A stretch of 64,000 nt of DNA from the NCBI GenBank assembly GCA_963815115.1, contig CAWFFN010000012.1, positions 800,001-864,000 on the forward strand. Reading direction: 5' to 3'. This document shows positions 1 through 9,935 of the stretch, piece after piece. Every line of letters starts with the position of its first letter. Within the stretch, counting starts at the first letter, position 1. The notes beneath the pieces are model-generated. The model was given only the letters and a program-made list of their open reading frames with translations. It was not told where the DNA came from and ran no database searches. The translations under genes were made by a program, and so were the position numbers. Source of the DNA: an uncultured delta proteobacterium (GTDB lineage: Bacteria; Desulfobacterota; Binatia; DP-6).

Positions 1-1181
1 AGCGGCGAGGAACCGGCCAGCGCCTCGGCGTCCGCTGCGATGGCCTCGAGGTTCGCGCGCTGCGCGTTCGCGGCAAGCCGGCGCTGGTGTCGCACCCCGC
101 ACGCCTCGCACGCCAGAGCAAAGCGCCGCGCGAGCGCGACGCCCTGCTCGCCCGCGACGGGAGGGAGGCGATCCCATGCCGCGCGCGCCGTGGCGAGGTC
201 GCGTGCCGCGTCGGCTCCATCGAGCGTCTCGACACGCTCGCAGAGGGCCTGCCGGGCGACGACACCCTCGTCGAGCACGCTCCGCACCGCGTCGGCCTCG
301 GCACGCCTCCGCGCGAGGCTTCCCGCGTCCCGCAGGATATCCTCGCACGTCTTGTCGAACGGCTCGGCCACCTCCGTTCTGGGCTCGGCGCTGCGCGCCA
401 GCTCCTGCCATTCTCGCTGGACCTGTCGCACCCGTTCGGCGGCCTCGATCACGTCCGGCATGGCGCGGAGCGTGTAGGCCAGCGTCAGCAGCTCGAGCTG
501 GCGGGCACGTGCTTCCTTGGCGTCGACCGCGGGTCGTTCGCCCGATCGCGATGCGAGCAGCGCTTGCGCGCGCTGCTTGACGCTCTTCGCGGCGCTGCGG
601 CTGCCGGCGATCGCCTGCAGCGAGGCGGTGTCGTCGATCCGCTCGAGCGCCCGGAGCGCGAGCTCGGGCGGACAATCCGCGAGCGCGATGCTGCGCAGCA
701 TCGCCGGGTCCGCGATGCGGTCCAGGGCGGCGCCGCGAATCACAGGGTCGTCTGCGCCGGTGACGACGTCGCGGAGGAGGCGATCGCCGGATACGCGCGC
801 GAGCGCGCCGGCACGTACGCTCTCGTGCGTCGCCTTCGCGGCCACCGTGGCGAGGGTGCGCGGGTCGGTGAGGCCTTCGAGCGCCGCCGTGCACTCGGCG
901 AGCGAGTCTCCCGAGGCGGCGATCTTCACCCGGACCTCCGCTGCCCGCTCGACGGCGAGATCGCGCAGGGCCGGGTCGGCTTCACCCTGCGCCACGCGTT
1001 CGAGAAGGGCGGGATCCTCCAGCTTCTTGATGGCGACCCGGCGCACGTGCGGATCCGGATCGGCTCCGGCGATGGCCCCGAGGCGATCCCGCTCCTCGCT
1101 GCCCATGTCCCTGACCGCGGCAGCGCGCACGGCGGGGTCGGGATGGCGCCACCTGGGCCGGAGTCGAGCGATCAGGTCCAT
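1..1181 (-). CDS. DUF349-family protein (N-terminal HEAT-like repeats then coiled-coil), 3' end runs off the window
   Basis: Not in the ORF track because it has no stop inside the window. Manual translation from ATG at 1181 gives MDLIARLRPRWRHPDPAVRAAAVRDM...DPHVRRVAIKKL...ARQALCERVETL...AWDRLPPV; the 'PRWRHPDPAVR' start is typical of DUF349 proteins. The + strand ORFs here are its shadows. Confidence 0.75.
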   Translation of the reverse strand, partial: MDLIARLRPRWRHPDPAVRAAAVRDMGSEERDRLGAIAGADPDPHVRRVAIKKLEDPALLERVAQGEADPALRDLAVERAAEVRVKIAASGDSLAECTAALEGLTDPRTLATVAAKATHESVRAGALARVSGDRLLRDVVTGADDPVIRGAALDRIADPAMLRSIALADCPPELALRALERIDDTASLQAIAGSRSAAKSVKQRAQALLASRSGERPAVDAKEARARQLELLTLAYTLRAMPDVIEAAERVRQVQREWQELARSAEPRTEVAEPFDKTCEDILRDAGSLARRRAEADAVRSVLDEGVVARQALCERVETLDGADAARDLATARAAWDRLPPVAGEQGVALARRFALACEACGVRHQRRLAANAQRANLEAIAADAEALAGSSP

Positions 1182-1262
1182 TGGTTCGGTTCCTGGGCCT
1201 CCCGACTTGTCTACTACGGGAGGTGGATCGGAGCCCAGCACTTCGCGTCGGGCCGCGAGGCC

Positions 1263-1718
1263 TCAGGCCCGCTCCGGGCCGGGGAGGCCGGCGTCCCCAT
1301 CCGCCCCGGGCGCTCCCGCCACCCGCACGCCCCACCAGCGTGCGCGCTCGGTCCGGTCGAGAAGGACCAGGACGAAGCGAGCGGGCCCATCGCACGCCAC
1401 CGCCCGGATCCGCATCCCGGGGGCGAACGGCGAGCCCGACGAGGACCAGAAAACGTCGCCCGTCCCGGGCATGTCGCGACCCGCCGGCAACCCGGTGAGC
1501 AGGGTCAGGAGCTCGTGGGCAGTCGGCAGCCGCTGCCCGCGGTCCGCGACGGCCGCGGCCGCCTCGGCCCACACCACCGGCAGGGTCGCAGGCGCCGGCG
1601 CCCACTCGAGTCCCGTGTCGCGATCGGCGAGACCCTGCCGGGTGGCGATGAAACGTGGTGGATTTTGCGTGCCGTCAGGCGTGCCGGCGCCTGCGCGGAC
1701 GGTCCTGGCGGGTGCCAT
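1263..1718 (-). CDS. DUF1566 (Lcl C-terminal, C-type-lectin-like) domain protein
   Basis: Motifs 'DRDTGLEW', 'W-AEA', 'RLPTAHELLTL' and 'FWSSS' match the DUF1566 pattern. Confidence 0.65.
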   Translation of the reverse strand: MAPARTVRAGAGTPDGTQNPPRFIATRQGLADRDTGLEWAPAPATLPVVWAEAAAAVADRGQRLPTAHELLTLLTGLPAGRDMPGTGDVFWSSSGSPFAPGMRIRAVACDGPARFVLVLLDRTERARWWGVRVAGAPGADGDAGLPGPERA

Positions 1719-1867
1719 CGACCCTCAGGCGTTCACTCCGCGTGAACACCGTTCATCCGAGGAGTAGCGAAGGCCGCGACGGGGGGACGCTCAGCCCGGT
1801 CCGGAACGGGAGACTCCCGGATGCGTCGGCTGGCCCTTCCTGGAGCGCCGCGGCCTCGTACCGTCGC

Positions 1868-2056
1868 TGGCCGCAGGCGCGGATGCTGCTCGAACGCGGC
1901 ATCGATCCGACTGCGCAGAGCAAGTACGGCGACACGCTCCAGACCATCCTCGAGACGGCACGGATGGACGAGCGGGATCTGGCCGCTCCCGAGTATCAGG
2001 CGATGATCGCGGATCTCGCGGCACACGGCGTGCGCGTCGCGCGGCACGCGAGCTGA
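1868..2056 (+). pseudogene. C-terminal remnant of an ankyrin-repeat protein
   Basis: 'WPQARMLLERGIDPTAQSKYGDT' resembles the ankyrin LLxxGADxxxxxxxGxT consensus. The in-frame upstream sequence does not look protein-like. Confidence 0.45.
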
Positions 2057-2108
2057 GACGGAGTCGGCCGCGTTCGCACGCCGGGCCGCTCCGTGGAAGA
2101 CTCGGGCG

Positions 2109-2423
2109 GTGCATGGTCACCGGTCGACGACCGGCATCGCGGCGGGGTGCCTGCTCGCCTCCGTCCTCGGCTCGGGGTGCGGTGGGGAGCCCGAGTCGCA
2201 CGCGCCGGCGACGGTCATTTCCACCTCGACCACGAGCACGTCCCTCCAGCTCGTCTCGACGACGGTCGCGACCTCGTCCTCGACGACCACGCTCCTGCCC
2301 GCGCCCGCCAACGCCGACGAGGCACGGCGGCTCCTCGAGCGCCAGGGTGTCGATCCGGCGGAGCTTTCGCGCGAGATCGGGGAGCACATGCGACACCGGT
2401 TCCGGCCCGCGCCCGCCGAGTGA
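2109..2423 (+). CDS. Small putative lipoprotein with Ser/Thr-rich linker
   Basis: Hydrophobic N-terminus ending 'VLGSGC' (lipobox-like), followed by a long S/T run and a short helical C-terminus. Confidence 0.5.
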   Translation: MHGHRSTTGIAAGCLLASVLGSGCGGEPESHAPATVISTSTTSTSLQLVSTTVATSSSTTTLLPAPANADEARRLLERQGVDPAELSREIGEHMRHRFRPAPAE

Positions 2424-2514
2424 ATTCGCGCCGACGGCCAGAAAGCGTGGACAACCGCTCCCGCGTCGCGGTAGCTTCTCGCCCGCTCGCCATACCTCGG
2501 GGGAGGGACAATCC

Positions 2515-4734
2515 ATGAAGACACTCGCGGTCGTCACGGCCAGCGTGCTTGCGCTGTTCGCATCGTCGTTGCCGGTACGGGCCGGGCTCACGCCGGCACA
2601 GAACTGCCAGGACACCATCGTGTCCGCGGCTCAGAAGTATTTCGACGCGGTATACAAGGCGGAAGCCAAGTGCCGCGATGGTCGGGCGGTGACCGGCGCG
2701 CCTGCCGACTGCTCGATCGACCCGGGCGTCACGGCCGCCATCGCGACCGCCGAGGGCAAGCTGTCGAGCAAGATCACCGCGAAGTGCCCGGGTGGCGTGG
2801 TCGCTCAGACCGATCTCGGCCTCGCCTGCGCGGGCGCCGCGACCGTCGGCGACGTGGTCGATTGCATCACGGACGACGTGCATGGTCCGCGCGCCAAGGA
2901 GCTCGTCGACGCGGTCTACGACGACTCCGGTCAGATCACCGATGCGCTCCTCCGCAAGTGCGAGCAGACGATCTCGAAGGCGGTCCGCAAGGGCGCCAAG
3001 CTGCGGCAGAAGGCCCGTCGCAAGTGCGCCAAGCCGATTGCGCTGGTGGAGAGCGCGCCCGGGGACTGTCCCGACCTGAAGGCGTTCAAGTCCTTCGACA
3101 AGGCCCGCGACAAGCTGACCGTGCTGGTCGAGAAGAAGTGCAGCGACACCCAGGTGCTCGACGCCGCCCTCGAGTTCGGCGGCGAGTGCGCCGACACGCG
3201 CGCGGGTGCACCGGCGGCCGCGTTTCAGTTCCTGACCTTCGACCGCAGCGGCATGACGAACACGAACACGATCCCGCCGCACACGCGGCTGGCGCGCTGC
3301 ATCGCCGCGACGACCGCGGTCCAGGCGGATACGGGCTCGGCCGCCGTCAGCGCGCTGTCCGACCTGGGCGACTTCCCCTTCGGTATCGCCGCCGGCGACG
3401 CGACCGACACGGCGTTCGTCGCCTGGACGCAGGTCGACCTCGCGGCGACGCCTCCGTTCACGCTCGAGGTGGCGACCGATCCGAGTTTCTCACCGGTCGC
3501 GCAGAGCATCACCGGTCTGATCCCCAATCTCGCCCGCGACAACACGATCAAGGCCGAGGTGACCGGTCTCACCGCGTCGACGCGCTACTACTATCGCTTC
3601 ACTGGTGCCGGCGGCCCCAGCCGTACGGGCCGCATCCTGACCGCTCCCGTGCCGAGCTCGACCGCCCCGTTCACGTTCGCCTTCACGGGGGACTCGAACG
3701 CGTTCTTCAAGCCCTACGCCGTGCTCGAGGGCATCACCCGTGACGATCCCGATCTCTTCCTCTACGTCGGCGACACGGTCTACGCCGACGACACCCGGAG
3801 TGGTACCGGCGAGGCCATGGTGCTCGGCGACTACCGCAACAAGTATCGCGAGAACCGCGACGACCGCGCGCTCCGCGATCTGATGGCCAACGTCGGCACG
3901 AACGCCATCTGGGACGACCACGAGGTCACCAACGACTTCTACGGCTCGCCGTTCGGCGCGTTCGGCCCGCAGATCATCGCCGGCAACGAGGCGTTCCGCG
4001 AATGGATGCCCATGCGCGAGAACGGCGGCGATCCGATGGCGCTCTATCGCAGCTTCAAGTGGGGCGACGTGGCGGAATTCTTCCTCACCGACAACCGCCA
4101 GTACCGCAGCGCGCAGGCGTACGTGACCGAGCCGGCGTGTCTGAGCGCCGGCGAGCCGGCAGTCGTCCCGCCCGCGGGAGCCTGCGCCAACGAGGTCAAC
4201 AACCCGGCGCGCACCTACCTGGGCGCCGCGCAGAAGGCGTGGCTCAAGGCCGGGCTCGCCGCCTCGACCGCCAAGTGGAAGTTCGTCATGAACGGCCCGG
4301 TGATCACGAACCTCCTCTTCCTGCCCTACGATCGCTGGGAGGGCTACGCCGCCGAGCGCACCGAGATGCTCGAGTTCTTCCGCAATCCGGACGGCAACGT
4401 GATGACCGACGACCACATCAAGAACGTGATCTTCCTCTCCACCGACATCCACGCCGCGATCTACGACCCGACCGTCAGCAATCCGGGGCCGTCCGCAGGA
4501 AGCATCCAGGAGATCGTCGCGGGCGCCATCGGCATGGACTCGATCTATCGCGAGCTGCCGGCCGGCATTCTCCCGTTCGTGAACGGACTGCCGGGTCTCT
4601 TCCCGAACATCCAGTTCTTCGACATCGACCGCCGGAACTACGTGTACATCACGATCGATCCCACGCAGGCGACGTTCACGTACCGGGACAACACCGGATC
4701 GGTCCTGAAGGAGATCAACCTCACCGCCGAGTGA
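2515..4734 (+). CDS. phoD: Alkaline phosphatase D (PhoD) family protein with N-terminal Cys-rich duplicated domain
   Basis: Motifs GIAAGD, 'YVGDTVYAD', 'IWDDHEVTND', 'TDNRQYRS', 'DRWEGYAAER', 'FLSTDIH'. Sec-type signal MKTLAVVTASVLALFASSLPVRA; GGAGGG upstream of the ATG at 2515. Confidence 0.9.
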   Translation: MKTLAVVTASVLALFASSLPVRAGLTPAQNCQDTIVSAAQKYFDAVYKAEAKCRDGRAVTGAPADCSIDPGVTAAIATAEGKLSSKITAKCPGGVVAQTDLGLACAGAATVGDVVDCITDDVHGPRAKELVDAVYDDSGQITDALLRKCEQTISKAVRKGAKLRQKARRKCAKPIALVESAPGDCPDLKAFKSFDKARDKLTVLVEKKCSDTQVLDAALEFGGECADTRAGAPAAAFQFLTFDRSGMTNTNTIPPHTRLARCIAATTAVQADTGSAAVSALSDLGDFPFGIAAGDATDTAFVAWTQVDLAATPPFTLEVATDPSFSPVAQSITGLIPNLARDNTIKAEVTGLTASTRYYYRFTGAGGPSRTGRILTAPVPSSTAPFTFAFTGDSNAFFKPYAVLEGITRDDPDLFLYVGDTVYADDTRSGTGEAMVLGDYRNKYRENRDDRALRDLMANVGTNAIWDDHEVTNDFYGSPFGAFGPQIIAGNEAFREWMPMRENGGDPMALYRSFKWGDVAEFFLTDNRQYRSAQAYVTEPACLSAGEPAVVPPAGACANEVNNPARTYLGAAQKAWLKAGLAASTAKWKFVMNGPVITNLLFLPYDRWEGYAAERTEMLEFFRNPDGNVMTDDHIKNVIFLSTDIHAAIYDPTVSNPGPSAGSIQEIVAGAIGMDSIYRELPAGILPFVNGLPGLFPNIQFFDIDRRNYVYITIDPTQATFTYRDNTGSVLKEINLTAE

Positions 4735-4744
4735 GCGCCGTGAG

Positions 4745-4782
4745 GTGCGGGGCCGGGCGAGGCATGTCGCCCGGCCTCGCAT
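4745..4782 (+). terminator. Strong GC stem-loop after phoD
   Basis: GGCCGGGCGA-GGCATG-TCGCCCGGCC perfect 10-bp stem, extendable with G-U pairs; no U tract. Confidence 0.45.
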
Positions 4783-4805
4783 TGCCCCCGGGATCGAGGG
4801 CCGCC

Positions 4806-5837
4806 ATGCTCGCCGCTCTGCCTCGACGTGTCCCATCCCGGAGCGACGACCGGAAGGCGTGCCGCCCGCGCACGCGTCTCGTGTTTCTTCTGCTCCTGGT
4901 CATGGCGAGCCTGCTCGCCACGCCGGCCCTGGCCGACGACCGGACGGTGGACACCCAGCGTCTCCTCGAGCTGCTGACGGGCGTGCGCCTGGCCTACCTC
5001 GAGGCGTTCGAGGACCGGGGTGCCGAGCTCGAGTCGCATACCGATCTCGAGGAGGCGCGGCTCCGCTTCGCCGAGGCGCGCCAGCTGAACGATCGCCTGC
5101 ACCTGCTGCCGGACGAGGAGGTGTCGGCGCTCGCCACCGGCCTGGACGCCGAGGTCGGCCGCTTCGACGTCCCGGACCGCATCGAAGCGCTCGTCGCGAC
5201 GGTGACGAAGGCGACCGGCGTGACCCTGATCACGCTACCTCCCGCGCCGCCATCGGCGGTACGGGGCCGGGAGCTGTTCCGCGAGAACTGCACCGGCTGC
5301 CACGGACCGCGCGGGGCGGGGGACGGCCCGGATGCGCGCCGGGGCGAGATCACGCCGGCCGATTTCACCAGCGTCGTGTTCATGCGCCGCGAGATACCCC
5401 TCGACTTCTTCCACATGATCGGTCTGGGACATCGCCGGCGCGGGATGCCGGAGTGGTCGCAGAGCCTGGGCGTGCAACAGCGCTGGGACCTGGTCGCGTG
5501 GATCTGGACCCTGCAGCACCCCGATGCCGACCGCGTCGGGGGCGCCCGGGTATGGCGCGATCGGTGCACCGGCTGCCATGGCGCGGATGGCGCCGGGGTC
5601 GCGGGGAAGGGCGCCGATCTGAGCCGTCCCGGCAGCCTGATCGAGCGCAGCGATCGCATCGTGTTCGTCCGCCTGTCGGGTCCCTCGCATGCCGAGGCCT
5701 TCGCCGGCCTGAGCGACACGGAGCGGTGGCAGGTCGTCGGTCACGTCCGGGCGATCAGCCTGGGCGGGGTCGGGACGCACTCCGAGCCGCGACAGGGCGT
5801 TCCGCTGCCAGACCGACAGCGGAAGCGGCTACGGTGA
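4806..5837 (+). CDS. Secreted di-haem cytochrome c resembling the soluble N-terminal part of cytochrome c/FTR1 (PbrT-like) iron permeases
   Basis: Two CXXCH motifs (CTGCH twice), distal 'GMPEW', signal peptide '...LLATPALA'. Start uncertain (4806, 4881 or 4902). Confidence 0.75.
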   Translation: MLAALPRRVPSRSDDRKACRPRTRLVFLLLLVMASLLATPALADDRTVDTQRLLELLTGVRLAYLEAFEDRGAELESHTDLEEARLRFAEARQLNDRLHLLPDEEVSALATGLDAEVGRFDVPDRIEALVATVTKATGVTLITLPPAPPSAVRGRELFRENCTGCHGPRGAGDGPDARRGEITPADFTSVVFMRREIPLDFFHMIGLGHRRRGMPEWSQSLGVQQRWDLVAWIWTLQHPDADRVGGARVWRDRCTGCHGADGAGVAGKGADLSRPGSLIERSDRIVFVRLSGPSHAEAFAGLSDTERWQVVGHVRAISLGGVGTHSEPRQGVPLPDRQRKRLR

Positions 5838-6332
5838 GTGGTGGGCCTCGGCCTCGAGCGCGCACTTCGCGAACAGCGGCTCCAGCGAGTCCAGATCGAC
5901 CGGCTTCACGCGGTGATGGTCGAACCCTGCCGCCTCGGCCTGGCGCTTGTCCTCTTCCTGTCCCCATCCGGTGACCGCCACGAGCTGCATGGTCCGGCCC
6001 CATGCCGCGGCGCGGATCTGACGTGCGACTTCGTAGCCGTTCGTCTCCGGCATGCCGATGTCGAGCAGCACGATCTGGGGAAGAAACTCGGCCGCGATCG
6101 CGAGCGCTTCTCGCCCCGAATAGGCGGTGCACACCTCGTGCCCCATCATTCTGAGCAGCATCGCCGAGCCGTCTGCACTGTCGCGGTTGTCGTCGGCGAC
6201 CAGCACGCGCAAGGACTTGCGGCCATTGCCCGCCGGCGCGGCGGCGTCGGCCGATGCGGCCGCGGGGTCTCCCACCGGTCTCGTCCGCACGAGGATCAGG
6301 CCACCCGAATCGGTGTACTTCGCCTGGCTCAC
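5829..6332 (-). CDS. Response-regulator receiver domain, apparently the remnant of a hybrid histidine kinase
   Basis: 'RVLVADDNRD', 'VLLDIGMP', 'VAVTGWG' and 'VKPVD', preceded by the HATPase N-box-like 'AKYTDSGGLI'. Confidence 0.8.
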   Translation of the reverse strand: MSQAKYTDSGGLILVRTRPVGDPAAASADAAAPAGNGRKSLRVLVADDNRDSADGSAMLLRMMGHEVCTAYSGREALAIAAEFLPQIVLLDIGMPETNGYEVARQIRAAAWGRTMQLVAVTGWGQEEDKRQAEAAGFDHHRVKPVDLDSLEPLFAKCALEAEAHHSP

Positions 6333-6509
6333 CGTTGATAAACGACCGTCCCGCACCGAACGCGTGGACGGCACGGTACGAGGATAGCCGCGTCGAAGCG
6401 GACCGTCGATCCCGTTTCGAGCGCGGCTGCCGAAGTTTCCGGGAAAGCGACTCCCGTCGACCTGCCCGGGTGCCAGCGGGAAGGCGCGCGGGCTCCGCCT
6501 GGCAGAGGC

Positions 6510-9500
6510 CTACAGCTCCCACTCGACGGGGAACGTCGGGTCGGGCTGGTAGGCGCAGAAGAGTCCGGTCTGCACGGAGCGGTCGAGGTGGCGGCCGAGG
6601 ACGGGGCATCCGGCCTCGATCTTGCGCACGACCTTGCGCACCGCGCGGGTGACGTTCAGGCGCGCCCGCTCCGCGTCGGATCCCGCCTTGCGGGCGCGGC
6701 CACCCAGGCCGGTCGCGCGGTTCAGCTCGTCGGCGAGCATCTCCATCTCCTCGCGCAACCGGGCGGCACGTCCGATGTCGTTGAACTCCTCGGCCTCCTG
6801 CAGCTCGCCTTGCAGCTCGCCGAGTCGCGCCTTGTAGGCGCGGCGGGCGTCGGCGTCGAGCATCTCGCCGGCATCGCCGGCGCGCAGGTCCTCGGCGCCC
6901 CCGAGGTCGAGCGCATGGAATTCGTGGCCCGGATTGCGCAGCAGCTCGAGAAGATACGCGACGCCCTTCATGTCCTTGAGCCGCGTGAGCTCGTCCTCGC
7001 AGTTGACCGTCCAGACGTCCCCCTCGTGACGCAGGCGTGCGATGCGAGATGCCGGGCTGGCATGAGCGGGCGCCGCCGGGACCGCGGCCGGCGTCCGCGA
7101 CGCCGCGTCGTCTGCCGCCAGCCGCTCGTGCAGGGCGACGAGCTCGAGACGCGCGGCCGTCGCGGCCGCTTCCGCGAGGAGCGTGGCGGCGCGCTCGCGA
7201 TCGCCACGCTTCCCGCGCGCGCGCAGGCTGCGCGCCAGCTCGTGCTGGGTGTGCGCGAGCTGGGGCAGGGCCCCGATGCGCTCGTTCTTGGCGAGCGCGC
7301 TCTCGAAGTGGGCGATCGCTGTGTCGAGCTGTCCGAGGGTGTGTGCGAGGAGGCCGGCGTAGCGAGCCGCCGAGCCGAGGCACCCGACCGTGGTCGCGAG
7401 GATGACGACGGCGTCGACGTGCGGCGCGAGGAGCGGCACCAGCGGCTCCGCGAAGCGCGGCGCGCCGGCCAGCGCACACGCCTGCGCCAGGTTGGCATAG
7501 GTGCCGAGGAGGTTGCCATCCCGGGGCAGGTCCTCGAAGCCCGCCCTCCCGAGATCGTCCAGCACCTGATGCGCGGCGTCGGTTCGACCGAGCGTCGCGT
7601 GGAGCATCGCGAGGGCGGCGCGCCAGATCGGCAGGTTCACGCCGCGCTCGGCGGCCATGACCACGAAGGGCTCGATCTCGCCGAGACGTCCCTCCTCGGC
7701 GCGGATCATGAAGGACTGCACGCCGAAGAACGCCGCCACGTTGTTGAGGTTGCTCGGCGTGAGCAGGCCGACGGCTCGGCGCGCCAGCCGCCTGGCATCG
7801 CCGAGGCGTCCCGCGAGCTGCGCGAGCGTGCCCTCGACGACCGTGACGTGCCATCGCACGGTCGGCAGCCGGCAGGCGGCGGCGAGCTCACGGTAGCGGC
7901 GGAGCGCCTCGTGCACGACCGGCATGTCGGCGAGCTCCAGGTGGTCCAGGATGCGCCACCCGAGTGCTTCCGCCATCGCCATGGGGTCGCGAGCGGCGGT
8001 CGCGAGCTCGAGGATCTGCTCGCCGATCTCGCACCGGTGTGCCGCCTCCCCGGGCTCCCACAGAGCGAGCTGCCTGGCGCGCAACGCCGCGAGCAGGGCG
8101 ACGTCGTCGTGGCGCCGGCGCGCGATCGCGACCGCCTCCTCGCTGTAGGCATGGCGTCGCGTGGCATCGGCGAAGTAGAGCGAGCGCGCCAGCTGCGCCA
8201 GCAGGATGGTGCGCGGGTGGCCGTCCCGCGACCCGACGAGCTCGACCGCCTCCTCGAGGAGGCGGACGAAGGGCCAGTCGACCGTGCCCGTCTCCTCGCG
8301 CGGAGCCACGGTGAGCGCAACGGGGAAGATGTAGGTGTAGCCGAGGTCGCGCGCGAGCTGCGCCGCCTCGATCAGCGTGGCGCGCGCTCCCTCGGCGTCG
8401 CCCGCCGCCTGCTGTGCGCTCCCGAGCGGCAGGAGGATGGCGAGGCGCGTGTCGGGTGACACGGTGGTCCCGCGGCTCGCCTGCAGCGCGCGCTCGAAGT
8501 GGCCGGCCGCTTCCTCGTAGCCCAGCTGGCCGAAGGCGTACTGCCCCGCGCGGCTGGCGAACTCGATCGCCTTCACCAGCGTGCCGAGGGGCGCCGCCTC
8601 GAAGTAGTGATGCGCGATGTCGCCGAGCACCGGATCGAGCGCCTCTCCGTGCACGGCCTCGAGCGCCTCGGCCGTGGTGCGATGCAGCTCGGCGCGCTCG
8701 GTGACGCCGAGATCACCCGTCAGCGTCTCCTGGAGGAGCGCGTGGGTGAAGCGAAAGCCACCCGGTCGCTCCTCGACGTCCTCGATCGCCCCCAGCCGCA
8801 CCGCCTCGGCGAGCTCCGAGAAGACCGCCTCGACCGGTAGTCCGACGATCCGCGCCAGCACGCCGAACTCGAACTCCCGTCCGATCACGGCCGCCGCCGC
8901 CAGGATGCGTCGCCCGGCGGAGGACATCGGCTCGATACGGCGCCGGATGACTTCCTGGACCCCGGCGGGAAGATCGAGATGTCCGGATCGGAGCGCCGAG
9001 GCATCGAGCTGTCCCCGCGTGATGAGGAGCTGGACGACCTCGGTCACGAAGAAGGCGTTGCCCTCCGTGGCGCGCAGGATGGCCTCCACCGCCTCGGGCG
9101 CCGGCGCCCGCCCGCAGGTCGCCAGCACGTACTCGCCGACGTCGGCCGCCGTCAGCCCGGTCAGCGTCAGCCGGTGGCTCGACCGGGCGAGGTCGCCGAG
9201 AACCCGCGCCGCGGCCGCCGCCTGGCGCAGCTCGGTCTCGCGATACGTGCCGAGCACGAGGAGCCGCTGCTCGCGCAGCTCGCGCGCGACGAAGGTGAGC
9301 AGCAGCAGCGACTCGTTGTCCGCCCAGTGGAGATCGTCCAGCACGATCACCAGGAGCTCCGTCCTGGCGATCGTGCGCAGGAACATCGTCACCGCGTCGA
9401 AGAGCCGGAACCGGGCGGCTTCCGGATCGAGCGTCTCGTCGGTTGCCGCGACCACGTCCGGGCAGCGCGTGCAGACGCTCGGCACCACCCGTGCCACCTG

Positions 9501-9812
9501 CGGCCCGTCGTCTCCCAGCTCGGCGCGGAGCCGCTCCGGAGGCGTCGCCGCGACGTACGCGCGCAGCGCCTGGATCCACGGCCAGTAGGCGGGCGCGCCC
9601 TCCATCTCCTGGCATCGCCCCCACAGGACGCGACCGGGCGCTACGCCGGCGGCGGCCTCCTCGACCAGCCTGGTCTTGCCGACCCCGGGCTCCCCGCGGA
9701 CGACCACCACCCGGCCGCTGCCCCCCTGCGCCGCGGTGATGTGTGCCGCAAGCGACTCTCGTTCGGCGACGCGACCGACGAAGGGGCGATCCGTCGGCCC
9801 CACGACTGCCAT
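6510..9812 (-). CDS. STAND-class AAA ATPase/TPR transcriptional regulator
   Basis: 'FVGRVAE', Walker A GEPGVGKT, Walker B 'IVLDDLHWAD', 'TEGNAFF', 'FRFTHALL', TPR helices, and C-terminal 'DAGEMLD...AYKARL...ERARLNVT' domain. Confidence 0.85.
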   Translation of the reverse strand: MAVVGPTDRPFVGRVAERESLAAHITAAQGGSGRVVVVRGEPGVGKTRLVEEAAAGVAPGRVLWGRCQEMEGAPAYWPWIQALRAYVAATPPERLRAELGDDGPQVARVVPSVCTRCPDVVAATDETLDPEAARFRLFDAVTMFLRTIARTELLVIVLDDLHWADNESLLLLTFVARELREQRLLVLGTYRETELRQAAAAARVLGDLARSSHRLTLTGLTAADVGEYVLATCGRAPAPEAVEAILRATEGNAFFVTEVVQLLITRGQLDASALRSGHLDLPAGVQEVIRRRIEPMSSAGRRILAAAAVIGREFEFGVLARIVGLPVEAVFSELAEAVRLGAIEDVEERPGGFRFTHALLQETLTGDLGVTERAELHRTTAEALEAVHGEALDPVLGDIAHHYFEAAPLGTLVKAIEFASRAGQYAFGQLGYEEAAGHFERALQASRGTTVSPDTRLAILLPLGSAQQAAGDAEGARATLIEAAQLARDLGYTYIFPVALTVAPREETGTVDWPFVRLLEEAVELVGSRDGHPRTILLAQLARSLYFADATRRHAYSEEAVAIARRRHDDVALLAALRARQLALWEPGEAAHRCEIGEQILELATAARDPMAMAEALGWRILDHLELADMPVVHEALRRYRELAAACRLPTVRWHVTVVEGTLAQLAGRLGDARRLARRAVGLLTPSNLNNVAAFFGVQSFMIRAEEGRLGEIEPFVVMAAERGVNLPIWRAALAMLHATLGRTDAAHQVLDDLGRAGFEDLPRDGNLLGTYANLAQACALAGAPRFAEPLVPLLAPHVDAVVILATTVGCLGSAARYAGLLAHTLGQLDTAIAHFESALAKNERIGALPQLAHTQHELARSLRARGKRGDRERAATLLAEAAATAARLELVALHERLAADDAASRTPAAVPAAPAHASPASRIARLRHEGDVWTVNCEDELTRLKDMKGVAYLLELLRNPGHEFHALDLGGAEDLRAGDAGEMLDADARRAYKARLGELQGELQEAEEFNDIGRAARLREEMEMLADELNRATGLGGRARKAGSDAERARLNVTRAVRKVVRKIEAGCPVLGRHLDRSVQTGLFCAYQPDPTFPVEWEL

Positions 9813-9935
9813 ACGGGAGAGAAATGTAGTGAGCGGGCTGGCATCGGGTCAAGCGCGCGCCGCGGGTCCCGATGTTCTTTCCGCTTCACGCGCGCGGGCC
9901 AATCGTGGTAGGCGGAGGCGGGGGAAGAACCGCCA

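Noticed and set aside
1263-1718. DUF1566 as a diversity-generating retroelement target
   Set aside because: No reverse transcriptase and no template repeat differing at adenines was seen in the window.
87-1767. Long + strand ORFs (552 aa and 416 aa)
   Set aside because: Shadows of the minus-strand DUF349 and DUF1566 genes.
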